Notes under the pieces: model-generated
Told to the model about the DNA's origin: nothing
The model's input: the letters and a program-made list of their open reading frames with translations, nothing else
Databases searched by the model: none
Shown: one piece after another, positions 22,659 to 35,134 of the stretch
How positions within the stretch are numbered: position 1 is the stretch's first letter
Layout: each line of letters starts with the position of its first letter
Assembly (NCBI RefSeq): GCF_964204645.1
Contig: NC_134030.1
Location: 20,606,210-20,670,209 of the forward strand
DNA from: Tubulanus polymorphus
Taxonomy: Eukaryota; Animalia; Nemertea
DNA: 64,000 nucleotides
Direction of reading: 5' to 3'
Position numbers and translations under genes: made by a program

Positions 22659-24337
22659 TCACGAAAAGAAAAGCCGAAATAGAGCGATCACCAAAGTTAG
22701 ATTTTGTACACTCGGGACTAGAGGATTTCGATGAACTGAATCGTGTTGTTCTTCCCGTAACCGGTTTAAATGTAGTATTTCATAAACGGGTGATCGAGTT
22801 TGTTTATCGGGAGTTTTTACTTCAAAAATGAAACGAAACGAAAACCGATGGCGGCCCATATTATGATATGACGAATCAAAAACAGAAAAAAAACTTCGAT
22901 AACTGTCTTACTTCTAACCGCCTTATTTTCCTCTGAGTTCTCAATATTGGCAAAATATGGAATACAATCTTTCTCCCTAAGAACAATGTGGGTGCATTTG
23001 TTTTGGCCGGCTTTTTTTCTCCAACCTTTAACACAACGACACGGCATCGCTGTAAAAAAACATGAAAGATCAGCAGCAAAAAGATGCAAATTTTTTTGAA
23101 TTTTTTTGGGGGTAAAAGCTGTATAACCCCTGACCAAGTGACCTACAGTTATTTCTACTAGCTGGATAGCACGTTTTCTGTACGTTCGATTCCCTGGTTC
23201 GATCCCTGGTGAGGGTGGAACTTAATGAGGACTACGTACCACCAGCTATCCCGCTAGATGGCGTGCGTAACGGTGCGACAACGCCATCGAAATCTAGTTC
23301 ATTCTCAATGAACTTTCATCTAGACTTTTTAGCCTCCCTCATCAGAAATTAGGCAAATCACTCATTTTGATAAACTCAGATGATCTCAAGGTTCGTATTT
23401 AAGGTGGTTTTTACTAATCATCATTCAAAGAATTTGAGAAATTATGGATAAACTTTAATTGAATACGAGAAGAAATGCGGGAGTAGTTGTCTGAGTGCAC
23501 ACTAGCGAACCTGGTGAATCCTCGATTGCCACAGTCGAACGTAGAGTCCTCATTTCATAGTTACTTCCTAATCGTTACGGTTTCAATAGACTCGTTTCAT
23601 TAGTAAATCGCTTTGGTTTAGTAAACCCTAACAGTATTAGACCTATGGCAATAAAATAAGAAAATACCTCTTACCAACAAAATCTGGTCCACAGTGGTAT
23701 TGTGCCTCTTGGTCAGAAGGCGACAGCTTGAAGCATTTCTGTCCAACTTGCTTCCAGCCACTTCCACAGCTACAGGCGATCACTAAGATAAAACAATGAT
23801 GGCAAAACCCGCTGTAAACAATGAGCAAGTTGTTCCGAATCCTCCGAAGAACCCACTTGGTACTTAACGTCTATTTCAACCTGACTTGAGAGCAATCCGG
23901 GTGGCCTAGCTCAGTCAGTTTCGGTGGTACATACCTGATAAAAGTCTTATTAGGACCACAAATCACTGGCAGTCGACCTAAAACATCATTTTTTTTAATC
24001 CATTCTAAACTGCATTGAAGTATATCCAAAAGTCTGCATTAAACAGGGCTCATGAGAGAAAATCGACTGCATAATTTGAAAGGTTAACGATATGTCTCCA
24101 TGCCTACCAACTGAAGTTTGGTGTGATATATATTGTTTAACTTTCATGGAGTTAAATTTCTTTGTTTAACCCCTTTTAGTGAAGACTTTTGGATATCATT
24201 CACTACAGTTTCAAATGGATTAAGTTGCCAGTCACTAACTGGCAACTTTGTTTCTTACAGGTTAGGCCTTTAAAGTTTGTGTATTTACCTGCAGTTGTAG
24301 AACCGACCAATAACAGAATCGACGTTAGAAGTTTCAT
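22659..24337 (-). CDS. Small secreted Cys-containing protein with a CTL-like N-terminal hairpin; exons 24337-24289, 23782-23675, tentative 22819-22659
   Basis: Signal exon MKLLTSILLLVGSTTA (phase 1) joins VIACSCGSGWKQVGQKCFKLSPSDQEAQYHCGPDFV (phase 1). The third exon is supported only by phase and an open frame. Confidence 0.5.
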
Positions 24338-24779
24338 CTCAATTCAACAAGTTACTTATTCACAATTCTTGCGTATCTAAAACTGGCATTGATAGAATAA
24401 CTGAGTATGAAAATAAGAGCGTATAAGTTCCTTGTAACTGTTTTAGATTGCTTATAAAACAAATCGCTATATCCATTCATTAACTAGGTGTCCTGGGACC
24501 TCATTTCTACTTACGAGTTCCGACAGCGAATTCCCCGAGCGAACGCAACAACATTAGCTGTTCAAAATAAGGAAAAAGCTTGCAAATGTAATACAGGCGT
24601 GGTATCGATTTTACTTAAAAAACATCTGTCTTTAATATGCAAACACGATAGAATTATTTGGTACTTGATATGGGCAAATTTTCAGGAAGTGGCTTTTTAT
24701 TAACAACACTGTGGATAGACTAGTCATCGAATAGTGCGTAGGTCCTGAAGGTGCAGCCCGGAGTCACGGTATAAAAAAT

Positions 24780-24891
24780 CAGGGCCCGGTTTTATAGACT
24801 GGTATTACCTTTAACCCGGGGAATTGCCTTTATTTTCAATTGAGTTAGCCCCCGGGTTAAAGGTAATACCAGTCTATAAAACCGAGCCCTG
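24780..24891. mobile_element. Palindromic MITE
   Basis: cagggcccggttttatagactggtattacctttaacccgggg / ccccgggttaaaggtaataccagtctataaaaccgagccctg. Confidence 0.8.
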
Positions 24892-26620
24892 AGTTAGTGA
24901 CATAATTAATTGTTTTGCACTGTCGCATCCACTCAATTTTATGCAGCAAGATTTAATTTTCCCTTCGTCAATCGTTTACAGTTTAACCGCAATAAAACTA
25001 GCAAAGATAACCATTGATAATGATAAAACACTTTATCGGTTATATGTAGTGAATTATGATATCGAAAAAATAATATTAAGTCGTTAGATGTCTCCTCGAG
25101 TTTGTAGTTTATTTCGACGTTCTGACTAATTCTCATAGTGGTCTCATTCGAAGCAACAAACAACTAAAGTCCAACAGCTCGAACATTACCGTTATGAACT
25201 TTTCATTCGGAATATTTACTCGATTTAAGTGCGAAATCGTCAGCTTTCTGTTTGCTTTCGAACCCGCGTTCATACCAGATCAATACATATTTTCAATACA
25301 GTCGTTCGACATATACTTTCGCTGGAAACCGCACTCGATGTTCATGCTATCACATTGAGATCCTATGGTGTCGAATAACCACTTTCACGACCGGTTTCAT
25401 AGAGAATGAAAGCCTCCATCTCACGATTAAGGGTTAGGGTTAGGATCAGCAGTCCGATTACATCTTTCTATTCAGAATAAAGTTGCTTTCCCGTTTTTGA
25501 TGTTAATGATAGCAACGATAATAATCATGATAATAATTAAATTTGTATAGCCCGATAATTCCATGCCAAAAAAAACAAAGTTAAACTCAAATATGGTAAT
25601 CATTTCTATTGTTTTTTGTGGGATTCTCTACAAACTCGATACTGCAACGTACATTAACTATAGTTAAATATCTCGAACGCTACCGGACGAAGAACAATCG
25701 TCGAAAATAGGCTCTTCGCAGTTTTCAGGTACCACGAACCACCATGAACTTTCCAAACGGGATATTTACTTAAATCAATTAAGTACCCGGTGCGGCTTTG
25801 TGTTTGCTTTCGAACATGTGCAATATCATATATTATTTCCAATGCATTTCAGCGGCTAAATACTTGAAAACGCAATCGGAGTTCAGCCAGTTCTGGTACC
25901 GGGTGTACCTCGGCGGGGTTTGAAGGTGCTGAATTCAACAAGAGACCCAATAAGACGAGTTAAAACTTCGCAATGAGTCACGAAAGAAGAGTAAAGTACA
26001 GGTACCACAACCACGAAACCGAAATACTTAAAACACTAAAAACCGTGACGAAAGGGATGACGAAGGATTTTAGTGAAAAACCGAAAATTCGTATTTTGAT
26101 AAATCTATAAATTTTTCAGCTTCGTGACTGTGCGAACGATATCTTAACAGATCCAATAACTCTGTTATTGTTTATCGCCACCGGTGAGGGCACTGAACAA
26201 AACACGAGATTACTAGGGGTGCCTAGCGGAGGACTCGACCTTCCCTTTCGCTTATAGTTCTATGTTAAGATGATGTGCTCGTCACGCCGTCTGGTCTTAG
26301 TACTTTAACTTCGATAAATCAATATAATCAATAATAAATCATTATCCCAAAACAACCTCCAAAATAAAAAGCAAGTTTAACTTCTAATGAATTCAATGTT
26401 TTTATCTTTTTATTTTTACCCGCCACCGCAATCATTTTGAGTCAATCAAATCCATATCAACGTATAATAAAAAACGGCCTAATTTGTATGAATTTCAGGC
26501 CCAGTCGCGCGGCTTTGAGTTAAATTTCAGTCATTTAAGTTGAGTACATCTTTAATTCTCCGAGTCTAATCTTGACCCACTACGGTGGAACCGGATCCAG
26601 AGGTTTCATATTACAAATAT

Positions 26621-29600
26621 TTAACTTTTAATTTCTATTTTAAACTCAAGCGAAATGTCGGGAAAAGGTTCGGGGCAGCATGAGTAAGTAATTTCGTTTC
26701 TGGTTATATTAAGCGCAAGTAGCGAATATCTCTTATCTAAACGATAATTGCTCACATCGATATTTTGACTGCGCAGTTTCACATCCACCTGAAATAAAAT
26801 TTGAAACAATACGAATAATCAGAATAATTAGTTGTGAATCACATTAGAAACGTCTATTAATGAAGGTTTCAGCAAGTAGCCTTGAAACAAACCATATACA
26901 GTTATTGTCGTGTTAAGTGTGGATGATCAGTTTTTGTAAGCGTTCTGATAAAATGTCTAATATCTGGTGTTTGTAGTTCATTTTCAATTAGAAATGTCTC
27001 AGGTGAAGCACTGAACACATGTGAAGTGTGGACGATCAGTTTTTGAAGGTGTGCTGATAAAATGTCTAATATCTGGTGTTTGTAGTTCATTTTCAATTAA
27101 AAATGTCTCAGGTGAAGCACTGAACACATGTGAAGTGTGGACGGTCGGTTTTTGAAAGTGAGCTGATAAAATGTCTAACGTCTGGTGTTTGTAGTTCATT
27201 TTCAATTGGAAATGTCTCAGGTGAAGCACTGAACACATGTGAAGTGTGGACGATCAGTTTTTGAAAGTGAGCTGATAAAATGTCTAATGTCTGATGTTTG
27301 TAGTTCATTTTCGATTAGACATGTCTCAGGTGAAGCACTGAACACATGTGAAGTGTGGACGAACAGTTTTTGAAAGTGAGCTGATAAAATGTCTAATGTC
27401 TGGTGTTTGTAGTTCATTTTCAATTAAAAATGTCTCAGGTGAAGCACTGAACACATGTGAAGTGTGGATGACCAGTTTTTAAAGTGTGCTGATAAAATGT
27501 CTAATGTCGGGTTTTTGTAAATATGTAGTTCATTTTCAATAAAAGGGGAAGTCCTGAACATAATCGGGGAATTTTGAGTAGGGCGGCGTGGGGAATCCAA
27601 GGACTGGTTGTACATACGTATTAGGTACATGGCTTTAAGCGATGTAGGCATAACGCATTTACGGTTTTACGGGAATTTTCGGGGAAGATTTTGAAAATGA
27701 ATCATTCTCTGAGCTATACAGTGATTCTAGAAAAAGAAACGACAGCATTAATTCGCGATTTTTACTTCCTTGAAAGTGTTGTCTTGGCAAAAATAGGGAA
27801 AGTGTGGACAATCACTTTTTTTAAGTGATAAAACGTACATGTCTGCTGTCTGTGGTGTTTAGAGTGTCAATTAGAAATGGGATGAAATGAGGTCGAAGGT
27901 CACCTACATTCCCAATGCGATATATCAGGTAACATAATCAATTGATGTTTATATGTATTCGTGTACGAAGTAGATTATGTTATTTTCATATCAATTGAAA
28001 AATGATTTTTAACGATAGTCAATACCTTATTTCCGTCGTAGGTCCATGACCCGAGTTTCACTTTACAGAGAGCTATGTTTTTATCATCTACGCCACCAAA
28101 TAGGCTGATCAGACGTACAGGGGGAGCCCAGAATACCGTACCATCGTGGCTGACCATCGCTAGCGTGTCTGTCTTCTTAACCAAGCCACCAACATTACCG
28201 ATATAACCGCTACAAATAAATGACATATACTTGAAAAATTTGAGTTTGTTTTACAAAAGACTTAAGACCAAAAGTGGTCTTAAATCTTAAGACTGATCTT
28301 AAGTTGTTAGATTGGCTATAAAACTAAGTTGGTCTTAGACCGGTCTTAAGTCTAAGCCTTGACTATGGAACTGGCCCCCAAATTCTAAAATATGTCAATA
28401 TCCCGAGGACACCATCTGCAGTACTATAGTTTTTTCAATGAATATCACCGATTTTCAACAATTTTCCAATCCCTAGGACGGATGAGAATCCTAACCGGAT
28501 TATATTCAAATTACCTGTTGTACATTTCAATATCCGGGGTCCAGATGTAACGTGTCGGTAGCCTGACTAATCGGATGCCACCGTATTCTTTTGGATCCCA
28601 CCGTAATCCAAAGTCGTTCCATTCCTGAAGATCATCAAAAAATGCATATAGATATGCATATTTTAACGTTTAGTTCTGACCACATGACGTGTGGACGATA
28701 AGTTTTTAAAAGACTTCCGATAGATTTCAAATGCCATGTGATTGAGGGAGTGAGGGGCCCATGTGGCAGATTAAAATCCTTATCACTAATGAACAATCAA
28801 TGCTGCAAATAGTCTGGCGAAAATTAGCGCATTTTGCAGTTAAATCAACCCAAGAGTCGAATTTCAACCAAAGACTGTAGAACTTGGGTCTAGATTGATA
28901 GATTCAATACCTACCAGATCTAGCCATCCGTTGAACGATGCGACGGAATTTTCCACGTCCTACAAAAAATGTAAACATGTATCAGGATTATAGACGAATT
29001 TGAAACTAAAATCAGATATGAAAGTTGTAGATGAACCTAATTCAAATAATTTGATATTTTTTCATTTGATAAAGCGTAATTGATAACTGAACGACCAAAA
29101 GAGATATTTTAAACGAACTTTGGTTGTTAACATTTAGCAACTATTGCTTCAGAATTAACTAATATGTTGTAGCTAAATTTTCAGGTAAAATGACAAAAAT
29201 GGTACCCGATAATTAATCTATAATTTTCATTAATTAAAGAGATTATTCACTCTCCCTTTTTGATCGACCCTACTTTGGCGCGGATTCGAACTTGATGGCT
29301 TCGACGCTGCTACGGCACGAAACCTTGCTTAACGCATAATTTAGCCCGAGTTATTACACTTCTTATCTCCGTCGAATATCCGGCCTAATAAAACTGGCAA
29401 TCCGAGCCTACATATCAGGCCGGAATAAATGCAGTGGCTGAGTTTCGCGCCCGATCAGGTTCGAATCCCTGCCGAGGGTAGGATGAGTTGTGGATCGGTA
29501 CAAACTGATGTCTACTCACTACTTGATCGATGTGGATCAGACTGAAGCCGATTTTCACCGTTACCGCGTCTTCGACATCTTTCACTGGTCGAACGTACTT

Positions 29601-30851
29601 CTTTATCGCGGAATAATGCTTTCCCAACAGGTCGTCAATCAGCCTGAATTCATCCGGGGCTCCTTTCGAGTCTGATCAAAAGTTTAATCAAAGTCATCTT
29701 AGCATTTTAAGGGAAATTTAAAATGATGAAAAATCATTGTTATGAATTGATTGATTTTGATTGATTTGAACACTTTATTTTTCAAATATAATTTACAGTA
29801 TAGTGTACAAAGCATAATATAAAATACAGTAAATTAGACCTGGAGGGGCCTGTAGAAACTAAGGAATAGTTTGTATAAAACAGGTCCCTCAAAAGCGAAA
29901 AGAAAAAAAAGAGAAATGCAATAAAGAAAATAAATTGTCTACACGTGATGGCGTTCTAAGGAATGCAGAAGCATCCTCGATGAGGGTTGGAGCAGGCAAA
30001 TTTTTTAGCCAAATTACCGTTTCTGATATTCCATTTTCTAGTTAACCATACACGATCGTGCCCGGGGGTTTGCTTCCATTTCGATTTTCAGTTTAAAAGC
30101 TCTAAAGGCAGTAAATCCAGTAAATCTGGCATTTTTAAAGAGAAATTGTACATCTTTCGGAAAAGCGTGGGACGCTCACGGGTGGGGTCTAAAATAAGTC
30201 ACTTTCCGCTTTGATACCTGGCCATCCAATCCGAACACATCAGGGAAGTAAAATCATGAACCATTTTCTTCTTCGAAATCTAATAAAAAGGACCGTCGAA
30301 TTCCCCGTACGAAGGGAGACTATACTCTTGAAAAAAAAGGACAAGCATGAATTCACAATGAGCGTGTATGGATGATTAATAATGTCCATGCGTCTCACCT
30401 GATACTTAAAACCGGTATATTTTGAAAGATTGCAAATAGACTAATGGTAGCCTTAGAGAAGTAACAAACAGTTTTAAAAAACTAACCATAAAGATACCAT
30501 TATAAGAACCAGAGTACAAATAGAAAAGGGAATCTTTCCAGCTAATCGAGGACTAAACATTGTAAATTGTATCTATTCTACATTTCCTAATTGACACAGC
30601 CCTATACAGCACAAAGCGGCCGCGGACAAACAATTTTTGATCGATCACAAAATCGTCACCCGATGCTTCGACCGTAGTACGAGGGTCAGGACTTTCCCTC
30701 GGCAACATATCTAGATCCCATGTTTTGGGAAGTATACCCATCTACGAGTGGTCTTATACTGAATCGGATCTCCCACACAGTTTTTGAGATGCTTACCCGC
30801 AAATAGCGAAGACAGGACGAGACAGAAGACTAAACCGATTGCCGCTGCCAT
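26621..30851 (-). CDS. Soluble acetylcholine-binding protein (AChBP)-like, about 237 aa; exons 30851-30797, 29671-29520, 28959-28915, 28624-28515, 28209-28026, 26788-26621
   Basis: nAChR ligand-binding-domain motifs: RLIDDLL..Y..YVRPV, GWLDLEWND..LRWDPKEYGGI, IWTPDIEMYN, GSWTYDG and loop C YSCCPEPFPD. The stop follows the last beta-strand, so there are no TM helices. All phases are consistent (714 nt). Confidence 0.9.
26905..27545 (-). repeat. 109-bp satellite array (about 5.7 units) in the last AChBP intron
   Basis: Repeating aggtgaagcactgaacacatgtgaagtgtggacgatcagtttttgaaag with a 109-bp period. Confidence 0.95.
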
Positions 30852-31227
30852 ATTCTAATTCGTCGCGCAGAAACAGCCCGTATTCAATGAGTTCATGAAT
30901 AACGTGTTGTATACTGGCAGCGGTAAATGTGTCAATCATACATAATTGCTTGACATTAAATACTTGATAGGTTTGCACCAATTATAAATATGTATTTGCA
31001 ATAAATGCTTATGTTGTTATTTCTGCCGCAAAAAGCTGATATTTGGTTATTCAAGACAAGTCATAGACCTGACACTCAGTTACGATACACCCAACCGACC
31101 GATCGACGGATTTGATGAACTGACGGACGGACGAACCGATAAAATGACCGATGGAATGACCCTCCTATACGGAATGACACCAACTCACGTATACAATCTC
31201 CGATATAGATGAACAGGGGGACATTAG

Positions 31228-32108
31228 ACATTTTATCAGCACACTTTCAAAAACTGATCGTCCACACTTCACATGTGTTCAGAACTTCACGTGAAACATT
31301 TTTAATCGAAAATGAACTACAAACACCAGACATTAAACATCTTATCAGCACACTTTCAAAAACTGATCGTCCTCACTTCGCTTGTGTTCAGAACTTCACA
31401 TGAGACATTTCTAATTGACAATGTACTACAAACACCAGACGTTAGACATTTTATCAGCACACTTCCAAAAACTGATCGTCCACACTTCACATGTGTTCAG
31501 TGCTTCACCTGAGACATTTCTATTTGAAAATGAACTACAAACACCATTTATTAGACATTTTATCAGCTCACTTTCAAAAACTGATCGTCCACACTTCACA
31601 TGTGTTCAGTGCTTCACCTGAGACATTTCTATTTGAAAATGAACTACAAACACCATTTATTAGACATTTTATCAGCTCACTTTCAAAAACTGATCGTCCA
31701 CACTTCACATGTGTTCAGTGCTTCACCTGAGATATTTCTAATTGAAAGTGAACTACAAACACCAGATATTAGACATTTTATCAGCACACTTTCAAAAACT
31801 GATCGTCCACACTTCACATGTGTTCAGTGCTTCACCTGAGACATTTCTATTTGAAAATGAACTACAAACACCATTTATTAGACGTTTTATCAGCTCACTT
31901 TCAAAAACTGATCGTCCACACTTCACATGTGTTCAGTGCTTCACCTGAGATATTTCTAATTGAAAGTGAACTACAAACACCAGATATTAGACATTTTATC
32001 AGCACACTTTCAAAAACTGATCGTCCACACTTCACATGTGTTCAGTGCTACATGTGAGACATTTACAATCAAAATGAACTACAAACACCAGATATTAGAC
32101 ATTTTAAC
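31228..32108 (+). repeat. 109-bp satellite array (about 8 units), inverted relative to 26905-27545
   Basis: Same unit with a 109-bp period. Confidence 0.95.
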
Positions 32109-32350
32109 AACCAGGACCCACTTCCACAGTTACGAGTTAGAGTTAACATCGAGTTTAAATTAGTTCATTTTCGATGAGTTAACTCATGAGTCAAATCGGA
32201 ACTCGGAGCCTGATTTGAAGAAAATGATCAGACACTCTTCATTCGTATTACAGCAGTAAACTTCTGGAGAGGGGATGACGTCGGACTCCTGTCTTGCTTC
32301 CTATAACGAATCTATAGACAACGACAGATAGAAATAGATTTCATACTTAC

Positions 32351-34936
32351 TGTGTAATTCGACTGTGATAGCTCGTTGCTGTAAGTCTCCAGTCAGTTCG
32401 ACCTCAGCCGTACACGTATAGATTCCGTTATCGGCTTCGGTCATATTCTTTATACTCAATCCTTTATTATCGATCTGATATCTGTCACCTGGTTCAAAAT
32501 AGTATATTCATATGAAAAACATGAACTAGACTTCACGTCAAATAGGATTCAGTCATGAGAATTTTTTTTGTACGTCGACCTACCCGGTCAGTAGCGCGGG
32601 GTTTTTGTAGAGAAGGTCACGCCGAACAACCCATGAACCACCCATAATTCGAAAAGGCCCGCATTTGGACAACGAATTTCAAAGAAAATCGGATAAAATC
32701 TTTGGCCCGTCCTATAAACTCCAAGACTATTAGGCCTACAGCCGCTTAACAGGACTAGCCACAGGGAGCCTCGAAGAACGAGCGTTATGCCGTCAGATTT
32801 TGATGCTTAACTTTTGAGCGTTGTTTCAAAAATGACCCTACACTGAAAAGCCCTGCATTTCAAGGAAAATGAAGTGCTTTTAAATCAGTCGTTAATCAAC
32901 GAAACGACATGATCAGACAATCGGGACCGAGCAATCAGATGATACCGCCAGCGGATAGACTTACCGATAATAATTGGTCGTCTGGGACTGTTCTCATTTT
33001 TACGGTAAGACCACATGACCTGCGGAGCCGGCGAACCGCTCACGACGCACCTGATCAACCCGTCCTGGTTAATAGCCGGACGCTGTTCCCTCGGGCAATC
33101 ATCCCACGTTATTTTCTCTGCAATAAATATCAGAATCAAATTTAAGGTACAGACAATAGTCAGTCAAGTCTACTGATGTGAACCTATCAACTATAGGTTG
33201 TTGAAATATGAATATAATCGAAGACGCCTAGAACAAAGTTAAATGTACAAATTTAACTCGTCGGAAGTCACACGTTTTATTTAAACACTATTTCGGATCC
33301 ATTGAATTTTCAGCGAGTTCGAATAGTAAGTAAATGCAAAACTAGGAGGGTAGTTTAATAAGAGGTGTCGTACTAAATTCGTAAAGAGAATAAGTCACAA
33401 ATATGCCGTCTAAACCTGGGTGTCAAATCAGCGTAACATAAAGACAAAATAGTACTTTAGTCAACTTGACATACGAGATTTCGCTACTAGTGCATAGAAG
33501 ATTCAGCGGGCAAACTAATTAAAATCTAGTTAACTGTGATTGGATACTGAATTGATATATTAAAACCTTACTATAGATGAATAACTCTTTTTGAGCCTCG
33601 GTCGTGACGCCGCCGAGTAACGAGCGACACTTATACGTGCCGCCATCGTCCATCGTGACCGGGTAAAATATCAGTTTCAGAACGGTCAGCTGTCCCGCAT
33701 TCTGCTCTACCTTCCTGTGAGTGTCAGAAGAAAAACGGAGAAAATTTTATTAGTTCAGGTCGCGCGCTCGACTGTCGGAAGCCAGGTCGTGGGTTCGAAT
33801 CCCGTATATTATTCTAGTGTCCTCGGGCAAGACACTTATCCTCATCGCCTCTCTCCACCCAGGACTACTGTCTGTCACACCTGCTAAACTAATCTCAGAT
33901 AGAAGACGTAGTCAGATCCACGGACAGTATGCAAATTATGCAGATTAGGCAAAAAAAATCTCGGACCAACTGAAACGGTCATGTAATGAAATAAAGGTAC
34001 CACAGGATCAATATTATTAATGCTCACTAAAATGTGCGGTAAAGTTCAACGTACAGTCTATCGGTGCTGGTGATCTGTTGGGAGTCGGGGTCGAACCAGG
34101 CGAGTTGAGGATCGGTGCCCGAGTCGACGTTCAACGCTTTACAAGTGAACGCGAACGATTCGTTTACCCGTCGCACGATGACACCAGACGGCAAAATCTG
34201 CAGCTTTAAACAATCTGAAATAATAATCATCGATTAGACGAGAAGATACACAATATCCGTGTATGATGAGGACGAGAGAAATCCCACAATAACAAAGCCA
34301 AAATTGAAAGATTTTATATCAGAATGCCTGATTGTATTTGAGGAGCGACGTTTCGGCTAACAACTGTTAGCCATCATCAGGCGTACAGAAAGTACGCCTG
34401 TACTTAGACTATCAGTACGCCTGATCTTTTCAATCTTGGCTTTGTTATTGTGGGATTTCTCTCGTAATAATCATCGAATAATCACCCAAAGTAAAAAACG
34501 GAAAATTAAGGATTTTGTTGAAACCAGTTCCGCGGTGTGGGCGGGGTTAGAACAACAGGTTCATAGTAATATATTTGCCTATGACCCCACCGTGGCTCGT
34601 CAAGACTGATTATAGCGACGATTTTCGCCCGTCCCGGCCAAATTCAGCAAACATTACTAGCAGAAAATCAGTTTGATACCAACACGATGTTACGAAAAAC
34701 CCGTTAAAACGATGGCAGCTTTCGGTCGTTGGTCTCATTTCCTTCTAGTAAATCGGCGCGGTAAATACGATTGCTGATTGAGTGGGTCACCTTCATCGGT
34801 CATTACGCATGCGTCGATTTCGTCGATTCCCGCTCAATGTCTACAGCGAGAGCCTCAAAGAGTTTCTGGGATGCTTACCCACAAAAGACGAAGACAGCAC
34901 GAGACAGACGACTAAACCAAATATTGTCACAGCCAT
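32351..34936 (-). CDS. NCAM/fasciclin-2/ApCAM-like Ig cell-adhesion gene, signal peptide + Ig1 + Ig2 only; exons 34936-34879, 34214-34055, 33714-33572, 33117-32965, 32488-32351; open at the 3' end (phase 1 donor)
   Basis: Ig1: SFAFTC..LAWFDPD..DDGGTYKC. Ig2: KITWDDCPREQ..LIRCVVSGSPAPQVMW..LSIKNMTEADNGIYTCTAEV. All junctions are GT-AG and phase-consistent. Confidence 0.85.
33755..33865 (+). mobile_element. tRNA-derived SINE fragment
   Basis: B-box GGTTCGAATCC followed by gtgtcctcgggcaagacacttatcctcatcgcctctctccacccagg, a conserved SINE central-domain-like segment. Confidence 0.6.
34234..34464. mobile_element. Penelope-like palindromic element (family B) with a hammerhead motif and 13-bp TSD
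   Basis: Inverted arms gagagaaatcccacaataacaaagcca / tggctttgttattgtgggatttctctc. Minus-strand core CTGATGA-t-ggctaaca/gt/tgttagcc-GAAACGTC at about 34345-34384. TSD TAATAATCATCGA at 34221-34233 and 34465-34477. Confidence 0.75.
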
Positions 34937-35078
34937 ATTTTCCATCGTTACAGAAACAACTCGTCATCGGTTGACGATAGACAAATTGTACACAGGCATC
35001 GGTAAATATCATCATCATTATACGTAATTACTTGGCATGATTACTGGATAACGTAATCAGCAATCGTGTATATCGACC

Positions 35079-35081
<3 letters not shown>

Positions 35082-35128
<47 letters not shown>
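35082..35128. repeat. (TA)n microsatellite
   Basis: Direct observation. Confidence 0.95.

Positions 35129-35134
<6 letters not shown>

Noticed and set aside
23130-23270. Second tRNA gene
   Set aside because: It has A/B-box-like motifs but no complete cloverleaf, so it is more likely a SINE remnant.
30218-30560. Alternative AChBP N-terminal exons (MFSPRLAGKIPFSICTLVLIMVSL and two micro-exons, one with an in-frame TGA that might suggest selenocysteine or readthrough)
   Set aside because: This model needs an intron of about 35 nt and hits stop codons. Exon 30851-30797 gives a clean phase-1 signal peptide instead.
26902-32163. Repeated 60-80 aa ORFs (NYKHQTLDILSAHFQKL...) and a possible CRISPR-like array
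   Set aside because: They are translations of a 109-bp satellite. The units are contiguous with no unique spacers, there are no cas genes, and the DNA is eukaryotic.
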